NCBI GenBank assembly: GCA_964016885.1
Contig: OZ024741.1
Span: forward strand, 364,622,001 to 364,686,000
Direction: 5' to 3'
Source: Eledone cirrhosa
Lineage: Eukaryota
DNA length: 64,000 bases
The notes beneath the pieces were generated by a model. That model was not told the DNA's origin, did not search any database, and saw only the letters and a program-made list of their open reading frames with translations. Below, piece by piece: positions 27,814-40,944 of this stretch; within the stretch, counting starts at the first letter, position 1; every line of letters begins with the position of its first letter. The translations under genes were made by a program, and so were the position numbers.

Positions 27814-28551
27814 TGTAACGGGTGCACAGTCAAGGTGCACAGTTCATAAAGACAACGTGGAGTAAAACAGAACAAAGAGGAGACAAAGTAACAAAAGTAG
27901 TCACTGAAGAGGTCACAGAATGTGTGGCGAAAGAGTTTTGACAATGAAGGACTAAACAACCATCCGGTTATTAAACTAACCGGCACAAAATTATAGTAAT
28001 GAATTGAAGTGAAACTTAACGGGTGAGTCTGCTTTTATTGGCAACATCATCCTACCAAAGTATAACAATATATAAGGAAAGTGCTGTAATTCCCACCTGA
28101 GGAAGTCGTAGGGGTATCGTATTGATATACAGTATTTCTAAGGCATTTTTAAAACATGGCGGAACCCATCTCCTCAGGTCTGAATACAGCAAAGAAGGAT
28201 AGAGAGAGTGAGAATGGAAGTGAGAAAGAGATATAGAGGAAGCATCGACCGCAGTACTAGACTGGTACTTTTTTTTTATCGGCCTTATATGGATGAAAGG
28301 CAAAGCTGACCTCCGTGGGACTTGAACTCAAGACTAGAGAGCCACAGTCTTTGGAAAGTCTGATCGAATGCTTTGCGGTATTTTATTAAGGCTAGATAGT
28401 GAGTCTTGTTACTCTGGAGTTTCGCCCGTTTATCACAGGGTATATATTGGCATCACTTTAGGTTGTGTGACGCTGAAAATGATATCTTGAGAAATTATTC
28501 CGTATTTTCAAAAATTCTAAAGACAACAAAACAAACAATTATATTCTACAC

Positions 28552-28757
28552 CAGGCATGTCAAACTGAGGGTCCTTCGAGGGGCCACATGGGTCACATAT
28601 GTGTTGTCTGAGGGCCACACACGACAATTAATTTCGTACATTACAACTAATTTTACGAAGATAAAACATTCTCACGTTGTAAAAACCTTCGAGCGGACCG
28701 CAGGTCTCCTCATAAAGGGCCGCATGCGGCCCGCGGGCCACACGTTTGACATGCCTG
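28552..28757. mobile_element. hAT (Charlie-like) MITE
   Basis: TIR CAGGCATGTCAAA and a perfect 8-bp TSD TTCTACAC. Confidence 0.92.
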
Positions 28758-29423
28758 TTCTACACCAGCTTCATTTTAATTGCCCCCCCCCCCCCCCACA
28801 CTACCAATCTAAAATTAAACCAAACAAAACAAGCAAGATAACAAACAACTCTGTCATTTCTTTTTACTTTTTTTAGCCTTTTGATTTTACTATTCTTTCG
28901 AACGATCTTCATGAGTTAAAATTCATGATTTTTACTCGATTTAAAGTCAATTTTCTTATATCCACGATTAATTGTAAAATTATTGAAAGGACTTTTGTTG
29001 CTGAAATGTGAGAAATGTACAGATAATTGTTTCTTATATAGGCACAAGGCCAGCAATTTGGGGGAGGGTAAATTAGATTAAATCGACCCCAGTGCGTGAC
29101 TGGTACTTTATTTTATCGACCCCGTAAGGATGAAAGGCAAAGTTAACCTCGGCGGGATTTGAACTCAGATCATAAAGGCAAAGCATGGCGTCCGACGCTC
29201 TACCGATACTACCAATCCACCGCCCTCAGAAATGTACAGATAATAAGATAATAAAAAAATAAAAACTTGAAATGAATAAATAATTCTTTGAATCTGGTTT
29301 CTGTTGTTTTATTGTAAGAAAGAAAATTTAACGCTTTGCTGCCATATTTCCAATGAAAATTACTGCCTATGGTTTTCAAGTAATTTTGTAAATAATAAAC
29401 AAAAATGAAGGAATTTAGTTATA

Positions 29424-29898
29424 CAGAGTGTGTGGAAAGAAACTCCCTATTGAAATAACTTTCATGGGATAACATCAATGACTTCATATTCACGCAAGAT
29501 GGGCCCCCCTCCTCAATTTGCACGCATTGTCCGTGAGTGGCTTGATATCTAAATTTCAGGACGTTGGTTATGTCGACGTCGTCTACATGAATGACCAGCA
29601 AAAAGCTCTGACTTAACGCCATGCGATTTTTTCCTGTGGGGGTAGGCGAAGGAAAACATTTATAGCTCAAAACAAAAAATCTCTGACTCAGTTGGAGGAA
29701 TGCATTCGTTATGTCCTGACCAACATACCACCTAAGTTTCTGATGAAATCAGTTGAGGATATACCCAGATGATTACAAACACTAGTGGACTACGCTGGTT
29801 CCTATGTAGAATTTTATTACTCCACAGAACATCATACTATTCAAAATAAAACATATTTAACAATTTTAAATAGGGAATTTCTTTACACGCACATCTTG
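29424..29898 (+). mobile_element. Internally deleted Tc1/mariner element (DD37D/rosa-like C-terminus)
   Basis: TA TSD and imperfect ~30-bp TIRs (CAGAGTGTGTGGAAAGAAACTCCCTATT / AATAGGGAATTTCTTTACACGCACATCTTG). Remnants FTQDG.P, VREWLD, GRWL, SDLTPCDFFLWG. Confidence 0.85.
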
Positions 29899-30479
29899 TA
29901 TAACTAACTTTCTCATTATTAATTTGGAGTTTGGTGCGTAACTTAACAAAGTTCTTTACATAAAAATTATAAAGAAAGGATTTTAGATAAACATAAACAC
30001 TTTAAAATATACAGTTTGTATCAAAGAACCAGCAGTGGTTTCAGGCAGTTTCAAGCGTTTTGGTATCAAAAGAGTAAATTTGTTTCAGAACACAAGGAAG
30101 TCAAAAAAGCAACCCCACAAATTGTCATAAAACCCAATATATTATTTAATTGATGGGATTTAGCTGTTATTTATATTGGCTTTTGTTTCAAAGCATAATG
30201 ATTTGATGTTTTATTGTTTTGTCAAGAGGAAGGGCAGTACCCATGACCCTTTTATGGCCCTTCACGACTAGTAGGAATAAGGGAGCAAGTTATCCTCAAG
30301 CCAGAGTGTTATCCCTAATGTTTATACTCTATCTATCTATCTATCTATCTATCTACCTACCTACCTACCTACCTACCTACACACTTACATACCTCTCTAA
30401 TTCACTCTTTATATTTTTCTCTCTCTCGCTCTCTCTACACGCGCACAGATATATAAATATGTATACACGCAGATACACA

Positions 30480-30607
<128 letters not shown>

Positions 30608-30971
30608 AATATATTTCTCTAACTCATGGACAAACGGATGTAAAAGAGATATATAACAATAGAAAATAGACCCTGAAATCTAATACAAACTTTTATTTAA
30701 GGAATCTAGTAACCGTTCAAGTGAGTTTGAAATATGCGCTCTAGTTACTGCATTCTCAAACGTATGCCAATACTACGTTGCCAATACGAAGTAGTCAAAT
30801 TAAACAATGGTAGTAATAAGACAACAAAACCAAAAAGTATCACAAGAGCTGTGGCCGTAGTCTGTTATGTTTTAGGAAATAAATGGTAGGTTGGCTGCAG
30901 GGGGACTGCCCAAATCATCTACCTTATTTTAGACAATGTTAGACACAGAAAGCCAGCAACATTAACCGTAC

Positions 30972-31065
<94 letters not shown>

Positions 31066-31172
31066 ATAATAATAAATTTGAAGACTAAAATCCAAAGAGG
31101 GCTCGATAAGGATAAATATATATCAAATATATAAGAACCGTAGAGCAAATATTTATTAAAATAACAGATTAA

Positions 31173-31223
31173 AGTTTAAGCAAAGAATCGCTGCTTTCAC
31201 CCTTAACGGGATCTTCTGAAACT
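31173..31223 (-). ncRNA. Type I hammerhead ribozyme motif, variant core CAGAAGA, in the PLE 3' pLTR
   Basis: Minus strand reads AGUUU-CAGAAGA-U-CCC-guuaa-GGG-U-GAA-AGCAG-cgauucu-UUGCU-U^AAACU. Stems I, II and III all pair (manual fold). Confidence 0.7.
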
Positions 31224-32310
31224 AACAAAGTCAATCTGTGAACGCAGAAGTGAATATTTCAAAAAACGTTGAAACCGGAGATAGACAGGAAGACGATACT
31301 TTGGTTCGTGGAAACGTTCTCTGGCAAAGAACGGGAAAAAACGAATATAATAGGTCATTATTTGGAGCGGTGAAAAACAATTACACGCAAAGACAAAACC
31401 ACGTTTATGGTATAAAAGAAGTCGTAGACTAATATTCTATTAGGTGGTTCATAGAGATTCTCTGGCAATGAACGAAAAAAACGAAGATAATACGTCATAT
31501 GTGGAGCGGGGAGAACAATTGCACGCAAAGACAAAACCACATAAATGGTATAACTGAAGTCGTAGACTAAAATTCTAACTCGGAGACCGAATGAATCTCC
31601 GCTACAGAGTTAAGAATAAAGTAAATAAAATACAGAGGTAAATGAAATTAAATAAATGCATACACGCATCCATATACGTACATACACAAGCATACGCGAA
31701 AACACTCGCCATAGGTATACAAATACATGCACGTACAAAAAAACCCGAAAAAAAAAACGAAAAAAAAAACCCGAAAAAAAACCCCGAAAAGAAAACGAAA
31801 AAAAAAAACCGCACGCACATACGGAACCCACGCAACGCCTGTACCCGCACGCATACGAATGTATACACCAAATACACATACAAATATATATTAAAAAAAT
31901 ATATATATATGTGTGTGTGCGTGTATACATATAATTAAATAAACGTATATAAATAAATAAATACGTATATAACAAGCGCACACACATACCTACATGTAAA
32001 TACACTTATTTTCGGAGACGTACGTTAACCAAAACACGAAGTATTCATATACACACACCCTACATACGTACGAACCCGCATACTCACACAGACGCAAAAC
32101 TCACGTATACACATAACCAAAAGCATATGTACCAGAAAAAATAATATATACGCCGTAACATATACAATCAAATATACGTACGAGAAAGTATACCTACCTT
32201 CACAAAACATACAGGTAATATATACTTACCTATACAAATAAGTAATGGTATAAACATAACATATACTTAGCTACCACATCAAGACGTAAAATATCCGCGT
32301 ATAGTTCGTA

Positions 32311-34338
32311 CTATCCGTTAGGGTATAATGTGGGGCTGTAATACAGGAAAGTTTTGTGCAATTTATGTTTACAAGCCGAAATTGCCTCAGATTTTTTGTT
32401 TAAGATGTGGTCTGTGGCGTAGAGTATTTCCAGGGCCTCAGCGGCGCAGAGGTCACATGGTCTTTTATTTCCGTTATACGATCTAGCCCTAGCTAGGATC
32501 TCCCAGTGTAACTTATATTGGGTGTGGTTGTCTTTTAGACTCCAGATATAAGATGAAAGTGACGTCATATTCCTTCTTAGAGGGTAACGAAAAGAATGGG
32601 TATGCATGTAAAGATGCTGCTTGAATCTATTGGCGGTTAACCCTATGTAGGCCCTACGGGACGTGGGTGTTTCAACCTTACATTTGTAGACACAATGTTA
32701 CTAGAGAGGCATTTCCCGGATATGGGGCAGTCAACCCGATTCCTACAATTACAGTTAGTACTAACTACAGGGTTGCACGTGTTCATACGGCTAGGTAGTT
32801 AGCTAAATTTGAAGCTGTGATGTTATGTGCAAGGTTAGGAATCGTAGAGTAAGAAATTTTAATAGTATTTCTATTAAAGATTTTACTATATTTATGTGTA
32901 GGGGGGAAATGCTTCATAATAAGGGACAGAAAGATCTTAGCTAATGGTGTGGCCACCTTCATATTATATGGTGGGTTATACCATATAATGCGTCGGGATT
33001 TATTTCTTCTAGGTCTATTCTCGTACTCTGTATATGCTACCTTATCGACAAATCTACTCCGAGCAAGAGCTTCATTGTAATATGTGGAATGGTCGTTGAA
33101 AATATGCTCGTTAGTAGATAGACGGGAAAGCCTCAAAGAAACATTTCTTACCAGGTTCTTGGTTATGCTGGCAGGATGGTTGGAATGCTTACTTATGTAA
33201 TTAAGCGTATAATTCGGCTTTCTATACGGATAATACAAGCCATTCGATAAATTGGGGGTAACGTCGAGGTAATTAACGACCGAGAGGTTGGCCTCAACCT
33301 GTATGGAGAGGTTGAAGCCTTTAAAGAAGGCTGTGAGTTCTTTTCTGAACCTGTCGCAAGCACGTGGGCCGCACTTAGTCATGGTCAAAAGACCATCATC
33401 ACGGTACAAACCACCGCCCACGTTGGGGAATTCTTCCTTGATAGAGAAAAGAAGGAAAAGGCCGATAAGATCAGTAACCTCCGCAGAATCGCTGGCGCTC
33501 ATACTCACGTCGAATGGCGTACTATTAGATTTTTTAATCCAAATAGAGTCGTCGAAATTAATCACCGACTTACGGGCATTGAGGATGACATCAACTTTTC
33601 GAAATCCTTAACCACTGTGAGTGTTTTAGCGAAATTGATAGCTCTAAGGAGAAGTGGTAAAGTGATGGAGGAGTAGTAATTATTGATGTCGAATTGGATA
33701 AAACGGCAATGTTCCTTCTTGCATATGCCGTTGAACCAATCAATCACCGCGAAAGAATTGTTCCACAATGCAAGAGGGGCCAAACTTCTAATTTCAGGTA
33801 TAATTCTATCAAGAATCCTTTTACTAAGTCTACCTAAATCGGACTTCGTAGGGTTAATAAGCCGAATAGCGGGGTTGTTCGGAAAATTGAATTTGTGATC
33901 CTTCAGGCTAAATTGGGAAGAAATAGGGTCAAGAGGTTCAGTCCGGTCCAGGATGTTGAGATCAGAGGTGATTTTAAACCCAGCATCGTTCATTTCATTA
34001 ATGACGCTCCGATTAGTTTTACGGTAATCCTTAGTTACAGCATTATGTAGCAGTTGATGGTAAGTACTGCGCTCCACTTGATATAGATTGCCAGTTTTGT
34101 CGGAATGGACGTGCACGGCATTAGAATCCTTAATAGAACGGATTCTATTCTTCAGGTCCTGCTGGAAGGAATTGCTCCTATTCCGAAATTTGATACTCCG
34201 TATGAGTTCCAAGACATCATTTTCGAAGGGTAGCAATGCTGGGTTACTCGGAGGGTTATTATAGGTTTTAAACCCAAATTTATCCTGTTTGTTGTCTGCT
34301 TTTCCCTGATTATCGAAATAAAAGGCACGCCAACGCAA
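32311..34338 (-). pseudogene. PLE reverse transcriptase + GIY-YIG endonuclease, frameshifted (~33600, ~32795, ~32690)
   Basis: MRWRAFYF..FGFKT, SDKTGNLY, IRLINPTKSDLG, FIQFDINNYYSSI, GLYRDDGL, YLDVT, WYNPPY. In shifted frames: CNCRNRVDCPISGKCL, VYKCKV...AYIGLTANRFKQ, CDLCAAEALEIL..LNKKSE..CKH. Confidence 0.92.
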
Positions 34339-34346
34339 CCTTTGTT

Positions 34347-34397
34347 AGTTTCAGAAGATCCCGTTAAGGGTGAAAGCAGCGATTCTTTGCTTAAACT
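34347..34397 (+). ncRNA. Same hammerhead motif in the inverted 5' pLTR fragment
   Basis: Exact reverse complement of 31173-31223. Confidence 0.7.
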
Positions 34398-34413
34398 TTA
34401 ATCTGTTATTTTA

Positions 34414-35303
<890 letters not shown>

Positions 35304-35317
35304 ATATATATATAACA

Positions 35318-35532
35318 AAGAGGGTGTGGTAAGATACAAGGTGAGCCATAACGCACCAGAGTACTCAATACTTAGTGTAGTAGAGTGGGTAATAGGTAAT
35401 AGGTAATAATAGGTAATAAAAAAGTCCGGAATCAGCCGGCTGAGCTCCGGTCGTTTCGACAGCTAGATCCGAACAGTTCGGATCTAGCTGTCGAAACGTC
35501 CAGAGCTCAGCCGTCGGTGTCCTGACTCTTTT

Positions 35533-35536
<4 letters not shown>
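35318..35536 (-). repeat. Fold-back element (hairpin ~35421-35533), related to 36222-36405
   Basis: Palindrome centred on CCGAACAGTTCGG. Tail CATAACGCACCAGAGTACTCAATACTTAG is shared in reverse complement with 36350-36380. Confidence 0.75.
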
Positions 35537-35613
<77 letters not shown>

Positions 35614-35740
35614 TAAAAAAATTAAAGACGTCATATCTGATAAGATCAGAAACATGCGCCATACCACTTGTAAAAGAAGCTCAAAGATTTAAAGGAATAA
35701 ATCTGAGCATTTATGAAAAAAATAAATTATAGGTCGATTG

Positions 35741-35848
<108 letters not shown>

Positions 35849-36190
35849 AACACATCCAACATTGACAGGGGATAATTTGTAAAGAGTGTAACCATATATA
35901 GTTACGGAGGTAACATTAAAATTTAACGAGAACTTTGAATATAGATACCTTGCAATAACGATTAATCTCCTTTGTATATATTCCATTAATGAAATATATT
36001 TTACCATTAATAGGTGAATCCTGGATCGTCACCAAATGAGAGGTTTTGAACTATCTATGATTATAGTCTTAGAACAAATCAAAGAATAACGAGAAACACA
36101 CATGTAGTTTGGAAAAACACAGCGCCCGGCGCCATCCTAATGACGTGAATAGGCTCATCAACAGCTAGAAATAGCAGCCGAAATCTTTTA

Positions 36191-36221
<31 letters not shown>

Positions 36222-36226
<5 letters not shown>

Positions 36227-36405
36227 AAGTATGACCCCGACGGCAGAGCGCAAGTCGTTTCGACGGCTATTTCTGTCCAAAAATAGCCGTCGAAACGGCT
36301 TGAGCTCTGCCGTCGGGGTCATACTTTTTCCTATTTTCCACTCTACTATCCTAAGTATTGAGTACTCTGGTGCGTTATGTGGTTCCTTACCACAATTCCT
36401 TTGTT
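36222..36405 (+). repeat. Fold-back element (hairpin ~36223-36330) in (TA)n
   Basis: GAAAAAGTATGACCCCGACGGCAGAGC...GCTCTGCCGTCGGGGTCATACTTTTTC, followed by a unique tail. Confidence 0.8.
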
Positions 36406-38085
36406 ATATATATATTATAATTTCATATCTGTACTGGATTTAGCTTATAGATTTTTCATTTTTACAACCCATTTTGTAGTATTTTTCGAAAACTTAGTAT
36501 ATCTGAATAAACTGATGAATCATAACTCGGAGCAGAACCTCTATCAGTACTCTATAATGGCATAACAAGCCATTTGATACCAACCCCACTAAAACCGCCT
36601 CTGGTTCTATGATACAAAACTGATTATCATAGAAGGTTCATATTCATCTAATTTATGTTCCAATTACCAGTTTAATAATAATTCTTTTAAACAATTAAGT
36701 TAAAACGAAATTTAATTTCGTTTCGTTATTTGTTTTTAATAATTCTTTTTATATTGCTAAATTCCTTCAAATTCTTCATTTCTTCTTTTAAAAATTATTT
36801 GTAACTCGAAGGCAATCTCGTTCATTGAAAATATGATAATGAAAGGGTTAAACATTTGATTTTGTGGGGTTCAGCATACTTAGTACTCAATATCTTTAAA
36901 ACATTAGTAGAATTCATACATGGTATCGCAGAGAAATGTCAAATAGAGTATTTAGTGCCTCAGGATAGCTCTACAATCTTTCTCTATATTAGGCGTCCCT
37001 TTCTCATAACTATTTTCAACTTAAAATTTGGTAAGCAGACGAACTTAGTTTTTTACACTTCTTGCTCTAACCAAACTAAGAATTTTATTAAGTCTGCATT
37101 TTCCACTATACAGTTTACACTTACCTACATTAAATCATGGGAAATGCTATAACCCCAACACGATGCTCTTCACCACTTTGGATATTTTTACTAGAGGATT
37201 ACCCATTCATTTATTCGTCGCAGGAAATTATCATACATCTGATTAAACAAATTTGTATAAAACTGTGTACATTTAAGGTTCAATAATGCCCCTCTCTGAA
37301 GTGTACACTCTAAGTGGCTGCCTTGTTGGCCTTAATGGTAGCACAGGCTCAGCACATGGCTAATTTAAGATGAACAACTTTATTAACATTAACTTTAAAA
37401 AAAGTTAATATAATATATAAAGAAAATATTTAAACTTTATTTATGAATGACAAAAATAAAGAAAAATAAAGGAAAAAAGAGGGTCGGAGAAAATGGGAGG
37501 AGGCGAACTACACATTTAGTTAGATGGCTTATAGTTGCATCCCGTGGACAAGATGGCGAAAATGTTACCGCGGAGAACAGCAAGCGATAAATGTTGCATC
37601 AGCCATTCCATATTGTTTGTGATGCTCTCGCCACGATTTTCATTTTGGCATTCCGAGTATCGAGGAAACCAAGAGATCTCAAAGATGGCCGCAGAGAAAG
37701 CAGTCGGTCAATCAATGCCTGTTATTTGCTCATTAACGAGCGACGCTGGTTGCTGATGTACAAAAAACAAAAAAAAAACAAAAAAAAAACTTGGTGATGG
37801 ACCAATTAAATACGTATAACATATGTATTCATGAATGCCCTTAGACATCCAAAGGAATAATTATGAGCAGCAATCACGGGAACAAACCATATTGCCTCAA
37901 GTAATCTTTACTAAAAAATTATAAATAATATTTTTGTAAACCTTCGAAACAAAATAGTTATCTCCCTTAGAATTTGCTTGTAAACAATTAGAGTTATCTC
38001 CCATACAAAATAATTTCTTGATGTAGAGTTCTCTCCCCTAGATCTAAAACTAAATCGTGCGTTGAATATTTCATCGCTCAATTTA

Positions 38086-38247
38086 CCACATTTCCCGGCG
38101 CCGAAGACGCTTCTCCTCGAGGACACACCCTAATTTTGACAACCGAAAAAAAAAAAAAAAAAATAACCTTAGGCCTCCAGGACTCATGGTAGATTTTTGA
38201 GACTTATTTTATGAAAAATGTAGCGTTTTCGACGCCGGGTAATACGG
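38086..38247. mobile_element. pogo/Tigger-type MITE (second copy 11069-11237)
   Basis: TA|CC..ATTTCCCGGCGCCGAAGACGC...GCGTTTTCGACGCCGGGTAATACGG|TA. Confidence 0.72.
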
Positions 38248-38371
38248 TAATTATTCAGAATTTATTAGCGATCAGAAGAAATGTACAAAAATGAAAATAT
38301 AAATGCATATAAAATTTAAACGATAATTAGGAAGAGAGAAAAAGATTAAAGAAAGAATAAATATTTCTTTA

Positions 38372-39420
38372 GAGAAGTCGTCATGTCAAATGGTTTCCGT
38401 ATAGCATAATTTATCCAAACACAAATATTCGGGCATTCGTAAAGCGACATCAGGGAACAAGGAGCTGTCCATCGATCCCATACTCCTGCAGAACCTTCCA
38501 CACGGGACCTTCCGCAGTCGTATGCCTTTTCGTGGTCTATGAAGCAATAATACACTCCTTGGCAGCACTCCCACGATTTCTCGAAGACCTGTCGCAGTGT
38601 GAATATTTGGTCCACTGTGCTGCGACCGGGATGAAAACCATACTGTTCACCAGCTAGCTTGGACTCGATAATCTCCCTACATCTCTTTGCCAGACACTGA
38701 GCATAGACGTTACATATTGTTTAAAACCACTGTTACCTCTCCTGTTAATAATTTTCTTGAACCTAATTGACATGTTCAGCTGTGTTGGAAGTGGTGTCAC
38801 AACTGGCAGGTCTAGTATCAGTCGGCTGGCATTTGTGGACAACATGGTACTACTTAACTCACCAGAAGGTGACCCCCGACATACAGTTGATAGGTTTTCT
38901 GTCGAGTGCTGCACGGCTGAAATGAAAACCAGTGCTGTGAATCCTGAGACACTCGCCCTCTCAAGGAAGCTTGCGCAGTGCATTCTACATATGAATGGAG
39001 TTCCACTGAAGCAGGTGGAGAAGTTTAAGTATTTCGGGGTCGTGTTCGCGAGTGATAGAAGGCATGATGTTGTATTAAGTGCAAGAATTGCAAGAGCCGG
39101 AAAGATAATGTGCCAGCTCCAGCATTCGATAACCAGAAGAAGGGAGGTAGGTGTAAAAGCTAAACTCACTGTCTTTAATTCAGTATCAGTGCCAACCCTT
39201 ACCTATGGTAATGATCGTGAGTAACGACAGAAAGAATACAATCGCGAGTACAAGCGGCTGAAAGGGGGTTCTCCGAAGGGACTCGATTGAGAGCATGGCT
39301 TTAGGTGGAGCCACTACTTTTTCGTATTGAGAGATCACAGCTCCGATGTTACAGGCATGTGGTTAGAATGTCTCAGGAAAGAATCGCTGGCCAGATTTTA
39401 AGAGCAAAACCAACCATATT
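38372..39420. mobile_element. RTE (Expander/Rex3-like) RT relic with 5' inversion
   Basis: 38372-38715 (-): EQYGFHPGRSTVDQIFTLRQVFEKSWE..CFIDHEKAYD. 38728-39420 (+): PLLLIIF..LAFVDNMVLL..VEKFKYFGV..PTLTYG. Confidence 0.88.
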
Positions 39421-40514
39421 TTTGTCTCATTCATTCATTCATTTGGTTGTGGGGGGAAAAGCGTAGCTCATCTACCACGTGAGTCGTCTCCTGTCCTTGA
39501 TCTTGTTTTAATGAGGTATATCCGTCAGTGCCCTATCCACCAAACCCCTGACCATATATCAAGAGCTCACACGGTAAAAAGACGTTCATTGGTCATAACA
39601 GCCCGAAAGCGTGAGGCACACTACGCAGGACATACGTGGCATCTTACGTGACATCACTCGCCTTATGCCTCCAGCAAGGGCTTTCAGCCCCTTGACGTCA
39701 CTGACTCTTATACTTACGGCAAGACCTCCAGCCGCACAATATTTTCCGACTGACTCCGCTATGAAGGGTAGCACCATGAACCTATAAAGGGGCCTTCTAT
39801 GTGATCACTCGGCCTTCTATAAATAGCATTCAAATTTCATTTGAAGTAGCACTCCATCATCGTAAACAAAGAAGAATACAATAGATATAGTATATTTGAC
39901 ATAAAATGGGATTGTCACAAATGGAAAATATTAGATGATAAATCTGCTTGACCGGGGATAACCTGTCGGTTAAAAATCAACCATAATCATCACCAACAAC
40001 AACCCCAATAAGAGAAACAATAACAACATCTACCATATGCATTTTATGTTGTATTTGTCGTTGTTTTAATAATATCTAACTTAGCTTTTACCAACAATAC
40101 AGTGTATATCTTAATATATATTTCTAAAAGATTGTGTGTATATCCATTTCTCCCCCCCACTCTCTCATACTTATGTAACAATCATTTACTCCTACCCTAC
40201 CGCCTCACTTCAGATTTTATGCCTTTTACCACACTTCCCAATACTCATTCGCTTTATCATTTGCTCGCTCTGCATTGCCATCTATTTCTCTTTTATATCT
40301 CCTCGTTTTCTTACTCTGTTCATTTTTCTCAAACGCTCTGCTATAGTGTTGTTGTCATGACGAACTCTTTCTCTCTTACCAACGCTATACATTTCTCTCT
40401 CTCTCTCACCCAATACTTTAGAATATTTTTCTTTAATCTGCAGTTGTCATTTAAACAATTTATCGTTCATCAAAGGATATTTCACGAAAAACAGAAAAAA
40501 AGAAATAAAAAACA

Positions 40515-40545
<31 letters not shown>

Positions 40546-40944
40546 TGTATGTATGTATGTATGTATGTATGTATGTATGTATGTATGTATGTATGTATGT
40601 ATGTATGTATGTTCTTCTGGTTTTATAATTTCACAAATTTTTCCCAATAGAGAGAGAGTCGGTTTCTAACATAGACACAAGACTCTCTCATTGGAATTTA
40701 CACAACATCAACTAGGTCGATTATGTATGTATGTATGTGTAGATATGGATGTTATTGTATGTGTGGATGTGTATGTTTTGAGTTGTATGTGTGCATGTAT
40801 ATATATGCTTTGTATCTGTACATGTGTATATGCAGTTATTAGATGCAAAATGTTTGGAATGTTTTACATATTTTTACTGTTCCATTAATGGATTGTACTT
40901 GTAATTTCCTAACTAGTTGTATTCTTTCTGTTCCTGTGAAGCCT

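Noticed and set aside
32783-32785. TGA ending the RT ORF as a possible selenocysteine codon (Naiad selenoproteins)
   Set aside because: The conserved CNC..CP..C motif continues in a different frame, so this is a frameshift. The same applies to the TGA at 33562.
35633-35660. CTGATAA-GATCA-GAAAC-ATGCG hammerhead-like word
   Set aside because: C3-A8 mismatch, no stem II and no NUH cleavage triplet.
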